A stretch of DNA of 64,000 nt from positions 224,001 to 288,000 of the forward strand of contig CAWGMK010000010.1 in assembly GCA_963823655.1 (NCBI GenBank), given 5' to 3'. Under the pieces are notes generated by a model that worked only from the letters and a program-made list of their open reading frames with translations, was not told the origin of the DNA and made no database searches. This stretch comes from an uncultured Bacillota bacterium (GTDB taxonomy: Bacteria; Bacillota; DTU025; MWDF01). Each line of letters opens with the position of its first letter. The stretch's first letter is position 1. Below are positions 30,721 to 42,172 of the stretch, piece after piece. A program made the position numbers and the translations under genes.

Positions 30721-31818
30721 CTATCCTAGCGCTAAAGGATGAGCCACATCTATCGGAAAGCCCGCGAAGACCTGCTCACCGACAGAGAATACCCCGTGCT
30801 CTGCCGGGCTTTCTATGACTGCAAGCACCAGGTAGCCGCCCGCCTCGATGTCATATTCCGCCACTGCGCCCATATAGGCCGCCCTTTTCACAGTCCCTTT
30901 GAAACTTGCGAACTTGCTTTCCGCAGGCTGCGACCTCCAAAGCTTTACGGTCTCAGGCCTCACAACCAGGTCATACTCAGTGCCGGATATTGCCGCCAGC
31001 TTTGAGCTGGGCATAAGGCATCTTTCGCCCATGAGCTCAACCTGGGCTTCGGTTCCAATTCGGCTAGTGAGCTTTGCCCTTACGAAGTTGGCCCTTCCTA
31101 CGAACTCTGCCACGAATCTGTCCACCGGCGTGTCATATATCTGCCTTGGGGTGCCTATCTGCGCTATCCGCCCCTGGTTCATGATCACTATCCTGTCTGA
31201 AAGGGCCATCGCCTCGGACTGGTCATGCGTAACGTATATGCTTGTTATGCCCAGGCTCTGCTGTATGCGCCTTATTTCGAAGCGCATCTGCTCCCTGAGC
31301 TTGGCATCCAGGTTGGAAAGAGGCTCGTCGAAGAGGAGAACATCCGGTTCGTTGACGATGGCCCTGGCAAGCGCCACCCTCTGCTGCTGGCCGCCCGAAA
31401 GCTGGTCCGGAGACCTTCTTGCCATCTCCGACAGGCCGACAAGCTCCAGCATCTTGCCCACCTTGGACTCGATGTCGGCCTGGGGCATCCTCTTTATCCT
31501 GAGGCCGAAGGCGACGTTTTCGAATACGCTCAGGTGGGGGAATATCGCGTAGCTTTGGAACACCATGGCGGTGCTTCTTTTATTCGGTGGCCTGTCTGTG
31601 ACGTCATGCCCGTTGATTACTATATTGCCCTCGTCGGGCATCTCGAAGCCCGCTATTATCCTGAGGGTAGTCGTCTTGCCACAGCCGGACGGGCCCAGCA
31701 GCGTGACCATCTCCCCGTCATTAATAACCAGGCTGACATCATTGACCGCAATCACCGAGCTGATCTCGCCCTCCGGGCTTCTGAACCTCTTCGTTACCCT
31801 TTTCAGCTCAACGCTCAT
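30721..31818 (-). CDS. ABC transporter ATP-binding protein (FbpC/AfuC/PotA type)
   Basis: GPSGCGKT, LSGGQQQ, LLFDEP, TOBE-like tail. Confidence 0.95.
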   Translation of the reverse strand: MSVELKRVTKRFRSPEGEISSVIAVNDVSLVINDGEMVTLLGPSGCGKTTTLRIIAGFEMPDEGNIVINGHDVTDRPPNKRSTAMVFQSYAIFPHLSVFENVAFGLRIKRMPQADIESKVGKMLELVGLSEMARRSPDQLSGGQQQRVALARAIVNEPDVLLFDEPLSNLDAKLREQMRFEIRRIQQSLGITSIYVTHDQSEAMALSDRIVIMNQGRIAQIGTPRQIYDTPVDRFVAEFVGRANFVRAKLTSRIGTEAQVELMGERCLMPSSKLAAISGTEYDLVVRPETVKLWRSQPAESKFASFKGTVKRAAYMGAVAEYDIEAGGYLVLAVIESPAEHGVFSVGEQVFAGFPIDVAHPLALG

Positions 31819-33543
31819 TTAAAATCACCGCCTTGGAACCTGGCCTGATACTTAATGCCAAGCAATTTGTCCACCACTAGCCTGATTACGATCATAGCGG
31901 CCACGATTATGCCGATCAGCACGACGCTGAACGCGGCCGCGGCCCCGAGCCTGCCGGAGTTGACCTGGTTTAGTATCTGCACTGTCATCAGGTTCCAGTC
32001 CGCTGACACAAGGAATATCGCGGCGCTGATTGCGGTCATCGCCCTTACGAACGCGAATACGAGCGAAGAGAAGAAAGCGGGGGCGATAAGCGGCAGCGTG
32101 ACCTTTGTGAAGGTCTTCTGCGTGCCGGCGCCCAGGTTGTAGGCCGCCTCTTCGATGGACGAGTCCACCTGCCTTAGTGTCGCGACGCCCGCTTGTATGC
32201 CGACCGGGAAGTACCTGAAGACGAAGTTAAGCACGAGGATGGCAAGAGTACCTGTCAGAAGGAAAGGCCTGGTATTGAACGCGAGAATATAGCCTATGCC
32301 TACGACGGTCCCCGGAAGGGCGAAGCTGAGCATGGATATGAAGTCCATGGCCTTCTTGCCGGGGAAGTTCTTCCTTACGACCAGGAAGGCTATTGCCATG
32401 CCGAGTATGCCGGAGATGGGTGTCGAGATGCCCGCAATCAGCAGCGTATCCATGATGGCCTCTTTGCCCACGCCCCAGACGTATTCGAAATTCCTAAGCG
32501 TAAATGAAGGGTCTATGCCCCAAAGCTTGGCGAACGCGCCCGCGACGATGACCCCATAGAAGAGGATCACCACGCCCGCGACGAATGTGCACAGCCCGAA
32601 CAGAGTCCACTTCATACCCTTGCCTACACTTTTTATGGCTGTGTTGGTGGGCTTTCCCGTCACCGTTACATATTTGCGCTTCTCCACCCAGTACTTCTGG
32701 ATGACGAAGGCTGAGATCGACGGGATGAGCAGTATCACCGAAAGGGCTGCGCCGCCCGGAAGGTCATACATGCCGGTGATCTGCAAGTATGCCTGCACCG
32801 AAAGCGTCGGGAAGTCGCTTCCTGCCAGCACCAGCGGATTGCCGAAGTCGGCAAGGGATTCTATGAAGATGACCAGAAGCGCGCTTGCGATGCCGGGAAG
32901 CGCAAGTGGCAGCGTAACCTTCCTGAATACCTGCGTCCTGGAGGAGCCCAGGTCCAGCGCCGCGTCCTCAAGGGTCGGGTTGATGGATTCGAGCACTCCC
33001 TTCAAGGTCAGGTAGGCGACCGGGAAGAAGGTCACTACCTGTGCAAACAGCAGCCCCTTGAAGCCGTAGATCGGGTAGTTGTAGATTCCCAGAAGCTTTG
33101 AAGTTATCAGCCCGTTCGAGCCGAACAGCAGCAGCACAGAGACCGCCCCCAGGAAAGGAGGCGATACTATCGGCACTATCGCCATGAAGTTGAAGAAACC
33201 TTTGAACGGGATGTCCGTTCGGGTTACGGCATACGCGAAAAGGAAGCCTACAAGCGAGCTTACCAAGCGCGGCCGCGGCCCCCATCGAAAGGCTGTTGTA
33301 CAAGGACTGTCGGACATAGGAGCTGGACAGCAGGTTCACATAAACCGCAAGCCCCGGATGCTCCTCCGACGCGAAGCTTTTCAGAAGCACCATGGCTATC
33401 GGGTAGATTATGAAAACCGCCAGCAGAGCGAATATGCCAAGTATGGAGGCGAAAAGGAAGGGGTCTTTCGAAAGGCGTACGATGCGCCTTATAAAGCGAC
33501 CGAAAGGCGAGGCTTTCCGGCCTGCATCAAGGGTTGTACTCAT
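31815..33543 (-). CDS. ABC transporter permease with two fused TM domains (FbpB/AfuB type; frameshift near 33275)
   Basis: LEDAALDLG and IEEAAYNLGA EAA loops; SLADFGNP. Confidence 0.9.
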
Positions 33544-33618
33544 GGTTCCTCCTAAAGCGAAAGGGAAGGCCCAAGTAGCAATTGCCGCCGCTCGGGCCCT
33601 CCTTGGCATAAGGCCGGA

Positions 33619-34630
33619 TTACTTGCTCTGCAGAACGTCAGCGATCCACTTATTGACTACGCGGGTCTTCTCGCCTGCGGCCCATACGGTGTCGACTTCG
33701 ATGGTGTTGATCTCATCGAAGGCGGGCATTCCTGCGGCAAGCTTCGCTTTGGGATGTATCGGGTAGAAGTAGGTCTTGGAGGATGCGATGACATTCTGTC
33801 CTTCCAGGGACACAAGCCAATCTACAAGGGCCTTCGAGCCTTCAAGGTTCTGGGCGCCCTTTAATATCGACACGGCCGGGGCCTCGTAGGTAACGCCCTC
33901 TGACGGGAATACCAGGGTCACAGGATAGCCGTCATCCATTGCCTTGAGCAGGGCGGGCGTGAACTGGATACCTATAGCCGCCTGGCCAAGGGCAAGGTTC
34001 TGGGAGGGCGCGGTGCCGGACTGGGTGTAGAGCTGGACGTTCGCATGGAGCTTCTTGAGGTATGCGAAAGCGGCGTCCTCGCCCCACATCTTGACGAAGC
34101 CGATCACCATGTTGTATCCGGTGCCGGATGTCTGCGGGCTGGGGTACTGTATCTGGCCCTTGAACTCGGGCTTCAACAGGTCAGCCCAGGTCTTGGGGGC
34201 GGTGAGGTTCATCCTCTTAAGGAAGTCGGTGCGCACGCCTACGCCCATCGGGTTCATGTAGAAGCATGTCCAATAGCCGTCGGCGTCCTTGAACTGGGGC
34301 TTAAGATAGGAAGCGTTGGGCGATACATATAGCTTGTGTCAGCCCGCGGGTCTTAACAGTGACGTGGTTTTCGCTCGGTGCGCCCATCCATACATCGGCC
34401 TGCGGATTGGCCTTCTCGGCCTCAATTCTCGCAATCGCCGGGCCCGACGACAGGAACACCATCTTATAGGGTATGCCGGTGGACTTCGTGAAGGCATCCA
34501 GGATCTTCTTCGCGTTCTCCTCGTCCACGCTGGAGTATACGGTAATGGATGCGGGTGCGCTGACGGCCGCCATTACCAGTGTGGAGAGCATCAGTGTCAA
34601 CAGGATGATGATAGTCAGGAATCTCTTCAA
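33619..34630 (-). CDS. ABC substrate-binding protein (AfuA/FbpA type; frameshifted)
   Basis: Signal peptide; ARIEAEKANPQADVW, PKTWADLLKPEFKG, PQTSGT. Confidence 0.88.
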
Positions 34631-34686
34631 GCTTATCCCTCCTCAGTTCATTATTGGCTTTAAAGCTATTATACTATGCGCTTGGC

Positions 34687-35983
34687 CTAGTTTCCTCCAG
34701 AAGGAAGGGAAGCGTTTCCGCCCTGCTGCCTGATAATCTCCCTCAGCGCAAGGCTTATCCGGTAGGCAGGGTGGGTCGCATCCTTGAACAAGAACTTGTA
34801 ATAGCCCTCTTCAGTGCATACAAGCAGCCAATTGGGCTTGTATATGTGCATGGGCAGGACCCTTACCGACTTCATTTCCGAGATGGGGATTTCCAGGGCA
34901 GTCGATGAGTCCGCATTGATCGCCTTAAGCCCGCTGGCTCCGACTTCAAGCCTGTTTGCGAAAAATTTCTCAGGCCTTCCCAAACGGCGGCTGTTGAAGC
35001 CGCTCCCGGATGCTATACCATTGATGCTTCCCTTCGCTCGGACCAGCTCAGCCTTGCTTAAGGCATATACCCTGTGAAAAGCTGCCTGTCTCTGAGCTCG
35101 CGATTAACCGCTTCGAGCCAGTTGATGCCCTGTTTGCGATGCCATTGCCAGATGTCCGTAATCCCCGAACTCCCCCCGTCTGAAACCCTAAGTGAGGGGT
35201 CAATATTCGCTTTGTATCCGCATGACGGGCATTCGATGCTAGTCTCAGAATCCAACAGGCCTTCCGTCTGTTTGCATGCAGGGCACATGAAAAGCATCTT
35301 GGAAAGGCCGGAGGCGCACTTGCTGCCGTCGTATCTATGGAAGCCCCCTCGCCGGAGAGCACCCATTCCCTTTCCGAATGTGAGAACGCCCTCTAAGCTT
35401 TAACAAGCATGGCTTCGTCGTCGAGCTCCTTAAGCTCCTCCTCATCGAGTGCCAGCTTGAATGAAAGGTCCACCCTGCCGCGCCGCACGGATGCCGCCCA
35501 TCTGGGGTAAGTCATGTAAGCGCCCTTCTCCTGGAAGATGAGCACCGGCAGGCCGATATAGCGTACGAGCTTAACTATCTCAGACGGCAGCTCTGCCGCA
35601 TCACCGTCCCAGGTAAGGTCTCCTTCCGGGTAGAGGAGTATCGAGCGGCCCGAAAGAGCCGCCCTTTTCATCTGCCTGATGGACTTCGCCTCATGCAGGT
35701 CCGCCTGCTTCCAGATGAGGCCTAGATGGCTAAGCAGCCTTGCTACGAACGGATTGCGCTGGAAGATCTCGTGGATTACGATCACCGGCATCTCCTTTAG
35801 CTGAAGGAGCACAAATGCCAGGTCGTATATGCTTACGTGGTTGGATATGATCAGGTAGGGTTTTCCCGCGTTCGATGGCGCAGGCGATGTCAGCTTGTAG
35901 TTTGTGATCCTTTTCATCCATGCTGCGATGAAGGGCCTAAGAAGTGTGATCGCCTTGCGCCTTGATGTAAGCGGATTTGACAT
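34687..35983 (-). CDS. Lysophospholipid acyltransferase (PlsC-like) with C-terminal Zn-ribbon, copy 1 (frameshifted)
   Basis: SNHVSIYD, YPEGD, PRWA..RRG, FMCPAC..CPSC. Confidence 0.82.
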
Positions 35984-36211
35984 GCCTATCCTCCAGGTGT
36001 AAAGCTTTGGGCGCTGAATATTTTGCTTTGTGCCCTATTATAAACATATAGAACCGAGGATAATACCAGTCAGAGCTCGAAAACATATGTAAAAATGCAC
36101 ATGCAAGGCGCAACCCGGCAATTTGGCGGATGACAATGCAGCCTGCCGCTTCATAATGGCGAGTTTCGCGCTGTGGTAATATATTCTTGATTTCGCTTCT
36201 TCGGAGGAGAT

Positions 36212-37132
36212 ATGGACGCACTTGTTGGCTATACGGGCTTTGTAGGATCCAACCTTATGGCACGGCATGCCTTCGGCGCCGCCTTCAACTCTGCGAATAT
36301 CGCCGATGCCTTCGGCCTTGAGCCGGATTTGCTCGTCTTTGCAGGCCTTAGGGCCGAGAAGTTCATAGCCAACAAAGAGCCGGAGAAGGACCTTGAGTCC
36401 ATACGCACGGCCATGAAGAACATCGAGGCCATAAAGCCAAAGAGGCTGGCCCTAATATCCACAATAGACGTATATCCCGACCCGTCAGGGAAAGACGAGT
36501 ACGATGCCATAGACGAATCCCTCCTGGAGCCATACGGTAAGCACAGGCTCCTGCTTGAACACTGGACCAGGGAGCGCTTCGAGCACAGCCACATCTTCAG
36601 GCTCCCCGGACTTTACGGAGCGAATCTAAAGAAGAACTTCATATACGACATGATGAACAGGGCGCCCTCGATGTTAACGCAAAAGAAGCTGTCTGAGCTG
36701 GCCATTAAGGAGCCCGGGATTGCTGACTTCTATGAACCGGGCGAAAGCGGCTTCTTAAAGCGGCGCGCCCTGGATGCCGCGTCCCTTGCAGTGCTTCTAG
36801 AGCTTCTAGGCCGTACGGGCTTCAGCGCTCTAGATTTCACCGACTCAAGAGCCCGCTTCCAGTTCTACAACCTGTCCCTGCTTTGGGACCATTTAGCGGG
36901 CGCGATCGACAGGGGAATCGGGTTGTTGAACCTTGCGACCGAGCCGGTTGGCGCCGGCGAGCTTTTCCGCCATGTCTATGGGCAGGATTTCGAAAACTTG
37001 CTGGAGCGCAAAGTACCCTCATACGATTTCAGGAGCCTGCATGCGGAGGATTTCGGGGGCAGGGGCGGATACATCTTCGACAGGCAGTTCATACTTGATG
37101 ACGTCAAAGCTTTCGTAAAGGAGCGGCAATGA
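36212..37132 (+). CDS. NAD-dependent epimerase/dehydratase-like protein
   Basis: ALVGYTGFVGSNL, ISTIDVY, YGKHR, RLPGLYG. Confidence 0.8.
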   Translation: MDALVGYTGFVGSNLMARHAFGAAFNSANIADAFGLEPDLLVFAGLRAEKFIANKEPEKDLESIRTAMKNIEAIKPKRLALISTIDVYPDPSGKDEYDAIDESLLEPYGKHRLLLEHWTRERFEHSHIFRLPGLYGANLKKNFIYDMMNRAPSMLTQKKLSELAIKEPGIADFYEPGESGFLKRRALDAASLAVLLELLGRTGFSALDFTDSRARFQFYNLSLLWDHLAGAIDRGIGLLNLATEPVGAGELFRHVYGQDFENLLERKVPSYDFRSLHAEDFGGRGGYIFDRQFILDDVKAFVKERQ

Positions 37133-37917
37133 GACTATCGGTTTCCAACATAGCCTGGGGGGCTGAGGATGACGAGAGGATGTACAAACACCTCTCGGAC
37201 ATGGGCTATGAGGGCCTTGAAGTGGCCCCTACAAGGCTTTTCGGCAAAGAGCCATACGTATATCATGGTCAGGTAAAGGAATTTGCTGCGCGGCTGCGGC
37301 AGGAATATGGCCTTGCCGTATGCTCCATGCAGTCCATCTGGTACGGACGTGAGGAGAAGATATTCGATGTCCCCCAACAAAGGCTGGCGCTTCTCGAATA
37401 CAGCAGGCTGGCGGCGGGTTTCGCAAGGGATATCGGGTGCGGCAATCTGGTGTTCGGCAACCCGAAGAACAGGATGATCGGCGGGCCTTCTGACATGGGC
37501 ATAGCTGTGGAGTTCTTCTCCAAGCTGGGGGAAATCGGGGAGAGCTTGGGCGTGGTCTTCGCAATTGAGCCCAACCCGATCATATACGGGACCAACTTCC
37601 TTAACACAACGACGCAGGCGGCAGAGTTCATAAGGCTTGTGGGCAGCGACAATATAAGGCTTAACGTCGATTTCGGCACCATTATCGAAAACCGCGAGGG
37701 AATCGACGTGGTGAGGGCGAACGTCGATATAGTGAACCACGTTCACATCAGCGAGCCTAACCTTGTGCCGATCAGGCGCTCGGATGCTCATGCAGAGCTT
37801 GCCGCCCTTCTTAAGGAAGAGCACTACGAAGGTTTCGTGTCCATTGAGATGAGAAGGCCGGAGCGGCCCGACCAACTGCTCGATGCCATGGAGTATGTTA
37901 AGGCCACATTTGCCTGA
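37129..37917 (+). CDS. Sugar-phosphate isomerase/epimerase (xylose-isomerase-like TIM barrel)
   Basis: SNIAW, LEVAP, VFGNPKNR, IEPNP, HVHISEP, SIEM. Confidence 0.85.
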   Translation: MRLSVSNIAWGAEDDERMYKHLSDMGYEGLEVAPTRLFGKEPYVYHGQVKEFAARLRQEYGLAVCSMQSIWYGREEKIFDVPQQRLALLEYSRLAAGFARDIGCGNLVFGNPKNRMIGGPSDMGIAVEFFSKLGEIGESLGVVFAIEPNPIIYGTNFLNTTTQAAEFIRLVGSDNIRLNVDFGTIIENREGIDVVRANVDIVNHVHISEPNLVPIRRSDAHAELAALLKEEHYEGFVSIEMRRPERPDQLLDAMEYVKATFA

Positions 37918-37934
37918 GTTGCCCGAAGGGGGGA

Positions 37935-39086
37935 ATGGGAAAATCAGCAGCGACATAAAAACCGGCAGATATGACAGGATAATCATAGGCGCCGGCTTGT
38001 ACGGCATCTATTCGGCCCTTTCCTGCGGCAGGCGCGGGGAGGAAGTGCTCGTCCTTGAGTACGACGATTCCTCCTTCGCCAGGGCCACCCACATAAACCA
38101 GGCCCGCATACATATGGGCTACCACTATCCGCGCTCGTATGCGACCGCGATAAAATCCATCGGGTATTTCGACAGGTTCTGTAAGGAGTTCGATTTCTGC
38201 ATACATTCGGACTTCAAGCAGATTTACGCAACATCCGCGGCGTTCTCATGGACGAATGCGGAGCAGTTCAGGAAGTTCTGCTCCGCGACCAAAATAATGT
38301 GCGAGGACCTGGATCCGAAGAAGTACTTCAACGACGGCATGTGCGACGGGGTGTTCCTCACTCAGGAGTACACTTATGATGCGCAGGTTCTAAAAAGGCA
38401 CCTTCTCGCTCAGCTGGAGGGCCTGCCGAATGTGAAGGTGAAGTATGGCGCAAGGATCGCCGACGTAGAAAAGACCGAGGACAGCTTCGTTCTGAGCATG
38501 GCTTCAGGGGAGAAGTACGAGACAGGCTTCCTTCTCAACGCGACCTACGCGTCCTCAAACCAGCTAATAAGCAAGCTGGGCTTCGAACCTTTCAAGATTA
38601 AGTACGAGCTGTGCGAGATGATAATCTGCAAGACGGGGCCCGCGCTCAAAGACATAGGCATTACTGTCATGGACGGGCCGTTCTTCTCTATCATGCCCTT
38701 TGGCAAAACAGGGATGCATTCGCTGACATCTGTGACTTTCACCCCGCATAAGACCAGCTATGAGTGCCTTCCCACATTCGACTGCCAGCTTGAATAGCGG
38801 GGGCACCTGCTGCCCGCAGCAGCTTGGCAACTGCAACTCCTGCCCCGCGAAGCCGAATACGGCCTGGGTCTACATGTCCTCCATGGCCAGGAAATATCTT
38901 AAGAAGGAATATGATTTCGAGTACGTAGGTTCAATGTATTCGATGAAGCCGATATTGAAGGCCTCGGAGATAGACAATTCCAGGCCGACAGTAATAAGGC
39001 AGCATTGCGCAGGACCTACATTCATAAGCGTGCTGTCGGGTAAGATCAACACTGTATATGATTTGGACGAGGTGCTGACGACATGA
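37935..39086 (+). CDS. FAD-dependent oxidoreductase (DAO-like; apparent frameshifts near the start and near 38790)
   Basis: IIIGAGLYG, NQARIHMGYHYPRS, TVMDGPF, SGKI. Confidence 0.82.
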
Positions 39087-40031
39087 TTATTAACAAGGAG
39101 AAGAACTTCGTCTCCGCAGTGGTCTATGTCCATAACAACGAGGCCCAGATAAAGGGCTTCCTTGAGCAGATACTCTCGGTGCTGGGGGAAAACTTCGAAA
39201 AGTACGAGATAATCTGCGTAAACGATGCCTCCGAAGACGACAGCGGCGCTGCTATCAGGCAGATGGCCGACCGGTTCGGGGATACGGTGGTAAGCATCAT
39301 AAACATGGGCTATTTCCAGGGCAGGGAGATGGCCATGAATGCCGGCGTGGACCTGTCCATCGGGGATTTCGTCTTCGAATTCGACAGCCTTGAGGCAGGA
39401 TTACGAGCTCGATCTCATCATGCAAGTCTACAGGCATTCGCTAAAAGGCGGCTTCGACATAGTAAGCGCCGCTCCGAAGCGGATCAATAAAAGGTCCGTC
39501 CGCTGGTACTACGGCTTTTTCAACCTTTTCTCCAAGTATCACCTGAAGCTGAGGCCCGAGTCCTTCCGCATACTGTCCAGGCGCTCGATCAACCGCGTAA
39601 GGGCGCTTACGGTGACCGTCCCTTACCGAAAGGCCGTCTACGCCAACTGCGGCCTGAAGATGGACTGCATCGTCTATAAACCCAAGGCCGTGGACAGGAA
39701 AGTGAAGGACAAGGCCATATCCAAGTACAGAAGCGCGCTTGCGCTGGATACGCTGATACTTTTCACCGACATCGCCGGCTGGTTCGTAAACGTCATGATA
39801 TTCGCGACGCTGCTATCGACCTTCGCGATAGCAGGCTACATGCTCTTCGTCTCCTTCGGCAGGAAGGAGCCTGTCGTATGGTGGATGGTGATGTCATTCC
39901 TGCTGTCTTTGGGCTTCTGCGCCCTTTTCACCTGCATGGCGACCATCATAAAGTACCTGTCCATCATAGAGGGCCTCGTGTTCAAAAGGCAGAGGTACGT
40001 AATCGAATCGATAGAGAAGATCGCCAAGTAG
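39083..40031 (+). CDS. GT2 glycosyltransferase with two C-terminal TMs (GtrB/ArnC-like architecture; frameshift near 39390)
   Basis: YEIICVNDASEDDS, AGVDLSIGD, FRILSRR, two hydrophobic C-terminal helices. Confidence 0.8.
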
Positions 40032-40098
40032 CCAAGGATTGCCGCCTGGCTCTATCTAACGCTGTAGGACAGGGAAAGGAAATGTCTTCAAAAAGAAA

Positions 40099-40124
40099 GA
40101 GAGCAGCCCGTGTGGGCTGCTCTC
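40099..40124. terminator. Terminator hairpin between convergent genes
   Basis: gagagcagccc-gtgt-gggctgctctc preceded by an A-run. Confidence 0.7.
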
Positions 40125-40149
40125 GCTACGTATACTAAGGGCTTTTCTG

Positions 40150-41431
40150 TCAGGCGCTTCTTTGCGCGATCGCCTTCTTGATGGCCAGAAGCCACGGGTA
40201 GCACGGATTGCCGGAGCCCACAAGCTGGATGTTTATATAAGCCTCGTCCGTCATCATAATCAGCCAGTTCGGCTTGTATATGCCGATAATGAACACCTGG
40301 ACGGACTTTATGTCATCCATCGGCACGAATAGGCTGACCCTGCCGTCTTTGGCAATGACCGTCACGCCGTCCGCCCCTAAAAACGCCAGCGCCGAGTCGA
40401 ACTTCTCCGGCATCTTTAGTATCCTGTGCGGGAAGCCCTGTTCGCCGGGCGCTCCCTTGTCCAATTCGGGGACGGGATAGATGCGCACTATCTCGGCATC
40501 GCACGGTGATTGATTCCAGGTGCAGCGACTTGTCCAAAAGCGCCGCGCCAACTTGCTTATCCCACTCATCTGTCTGCCAGTCGTGCCACTCCCAGATGTC
40601 CTTGAACTTTAAGTTAGAGGTCGACTTCACAGCCAGGTTGGCATCAACATCGGCCCTGAAGCCGCATTCACCGCACATGATGCCGGTATTATCCGATTTC
40701 ATGCAGGAATCCTTGCCGCAGGATGGGCACATGAAAAGCAGCCTCTCAAGGCCCAGCGCAGGCTTTGAGCTTGTAAACTGCTGGCCTTTGCCCTCACCTT
40801 CATAATGCCATCGCCTTTCCGAGTGATTGAAGGCGGCGTTGAGCTTCTCGAGCACCTGCTCGTCGGAAAGCTTTGCGAAGTCCTCGGCCTTCACGGCAAG
40901 TTCGTACTCCATATCAACCCTGCCGCGCCTTGCCCTGTGTGCCCAGCGCGGGAAAGCCATGTATGAGCCCTTTGTCCTGTAGACGAGCACCGGGGCGCCT
41001 ATGAACCTTGCGACCCTTGCCATGCCCAGATCTAGCGGCTGCGAATCCCCGTTCCAGTTAAGGTCGCCCTCAGGGTAGATGAGCACAGAACGCCCCGCCC
41101 TGACGGCCCTCTTCATCTGCCTTACGGTCCTGGCATCGGGAAGCCCCTGCATCCGCCACACCGGCCCCACCATGCTCAGCAGCATCATGAACAGCTTGTC
41201 CACAAGGTGCAGCTCGTGCAGCACTATGACAGGGTTGGGCTTTATCGTCATAAGCAGGTATGGCATTTCGAAGACGGAAACATGGGTCGAAAGTATGAGG
41301 TAAGGGGGTTTGAGCCCTGCCGGCGGAGGCTTAACCACCTTGCAGTTAGTGAGGTATCTGAGCCAGACGCTCATGAACGGCCTCAATATAGAGATGAAGA
41401 TCTGGCCCAGCACTTTCATATAACCTGACAT
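40150..41431 (-). CDS. Lysophospholipid acyltransferase-like protein with Zn-ribbon, copy 2 (frameshifted)
   Basis: STHVSVFE, YPEGD, PRWAHRARRG, FMCPSC..CGEC; paralog of 34687..35983. Confidence 0.82.
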
Positions 41432-41712
41432 GCTATCTCCTTCTTGCGGGCGTGCCGCCGCATCAGCGCAATTCGTAGCAGGATAAGGGAGCCGTTGTTT
41501 CAGCTGATGGTTTAGATAATTCTATACGGCCCCGTCAATACCTTCCAGACCATAGAAGTGCTTTAAAAAGGGCATTTGGACTCTTGGATAGATAGTACTC
41601 GATTTCACATACTCAGAGCGCCAAAAGACTGCCTTGAATAGGTTGTGCTGCCCTTATTGTGGTATCATATTTTGATAGAATCACATCATTTACCAAGACG
41701 GAGTTGATCGGC

Positions 41713-42172
41713 ATGCCAGTGAAATCGGAGCAAAGGCCCAAAACTCGCCGAGGAACTTTTCTTAGCCAATTACAACTGTGCCCAATCAACATTAGCAGGC
41801 ATTTTAAGTGCCAAGCGGCAGGGCTTACGCTGACAGGATTAGATTGCAGGCGCCTTCGGCGCAGGCATAGCGCAGACCGGCGGCCTGTGCGGCGCCCTGA
41901 CCGGGGCTTTCATGGCCTTCGGCGTGCTTATCCCGATGAAGGATGACATCGGGGCCTGGAAGGCGGAAGTGGCCTTGGTGAGCAAGGAATTCATGGCGAG
42001 ATTCGCAGCGCAGTTCGGGGATACCGCGTGCAGCCGGCTGGCGGGATGCGACATGACTTTGGAGATCGAAAGGAAGGTTTTCCATGACGAGGGAGGGCGC
42101 GACAGAATCTGCACTCCCATGGTCAAAAGAAGCGTAGAGATGGCGCTTTTGCTGCTCAAGGAGCGCAAATGA
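41713..42172 (+). CDS. C-GCAxxG-C-C family putative redox protein (frameshifted)
   Basis: Hand translation gives NYNCAQS, AFGAGIA, LCGALTG, FGDTACSRLAGC, IC. Confidence 0.75.

Noticed and set aside
38795-38797. TAG inside the FAD oxidoreductase as possible pyrrolysine or read-through
   Set aside because: The downstream half is in a different frame, so this is an indel, not an in-frame stop.
41713-42172. C-GCAxxG-C-C protein as a selenoprotein
   Set aside because: The conserved Cys positions read TGT/TGC; the nearby TGA and TAG fall in an indel-ridden linker with no clear SECIS.
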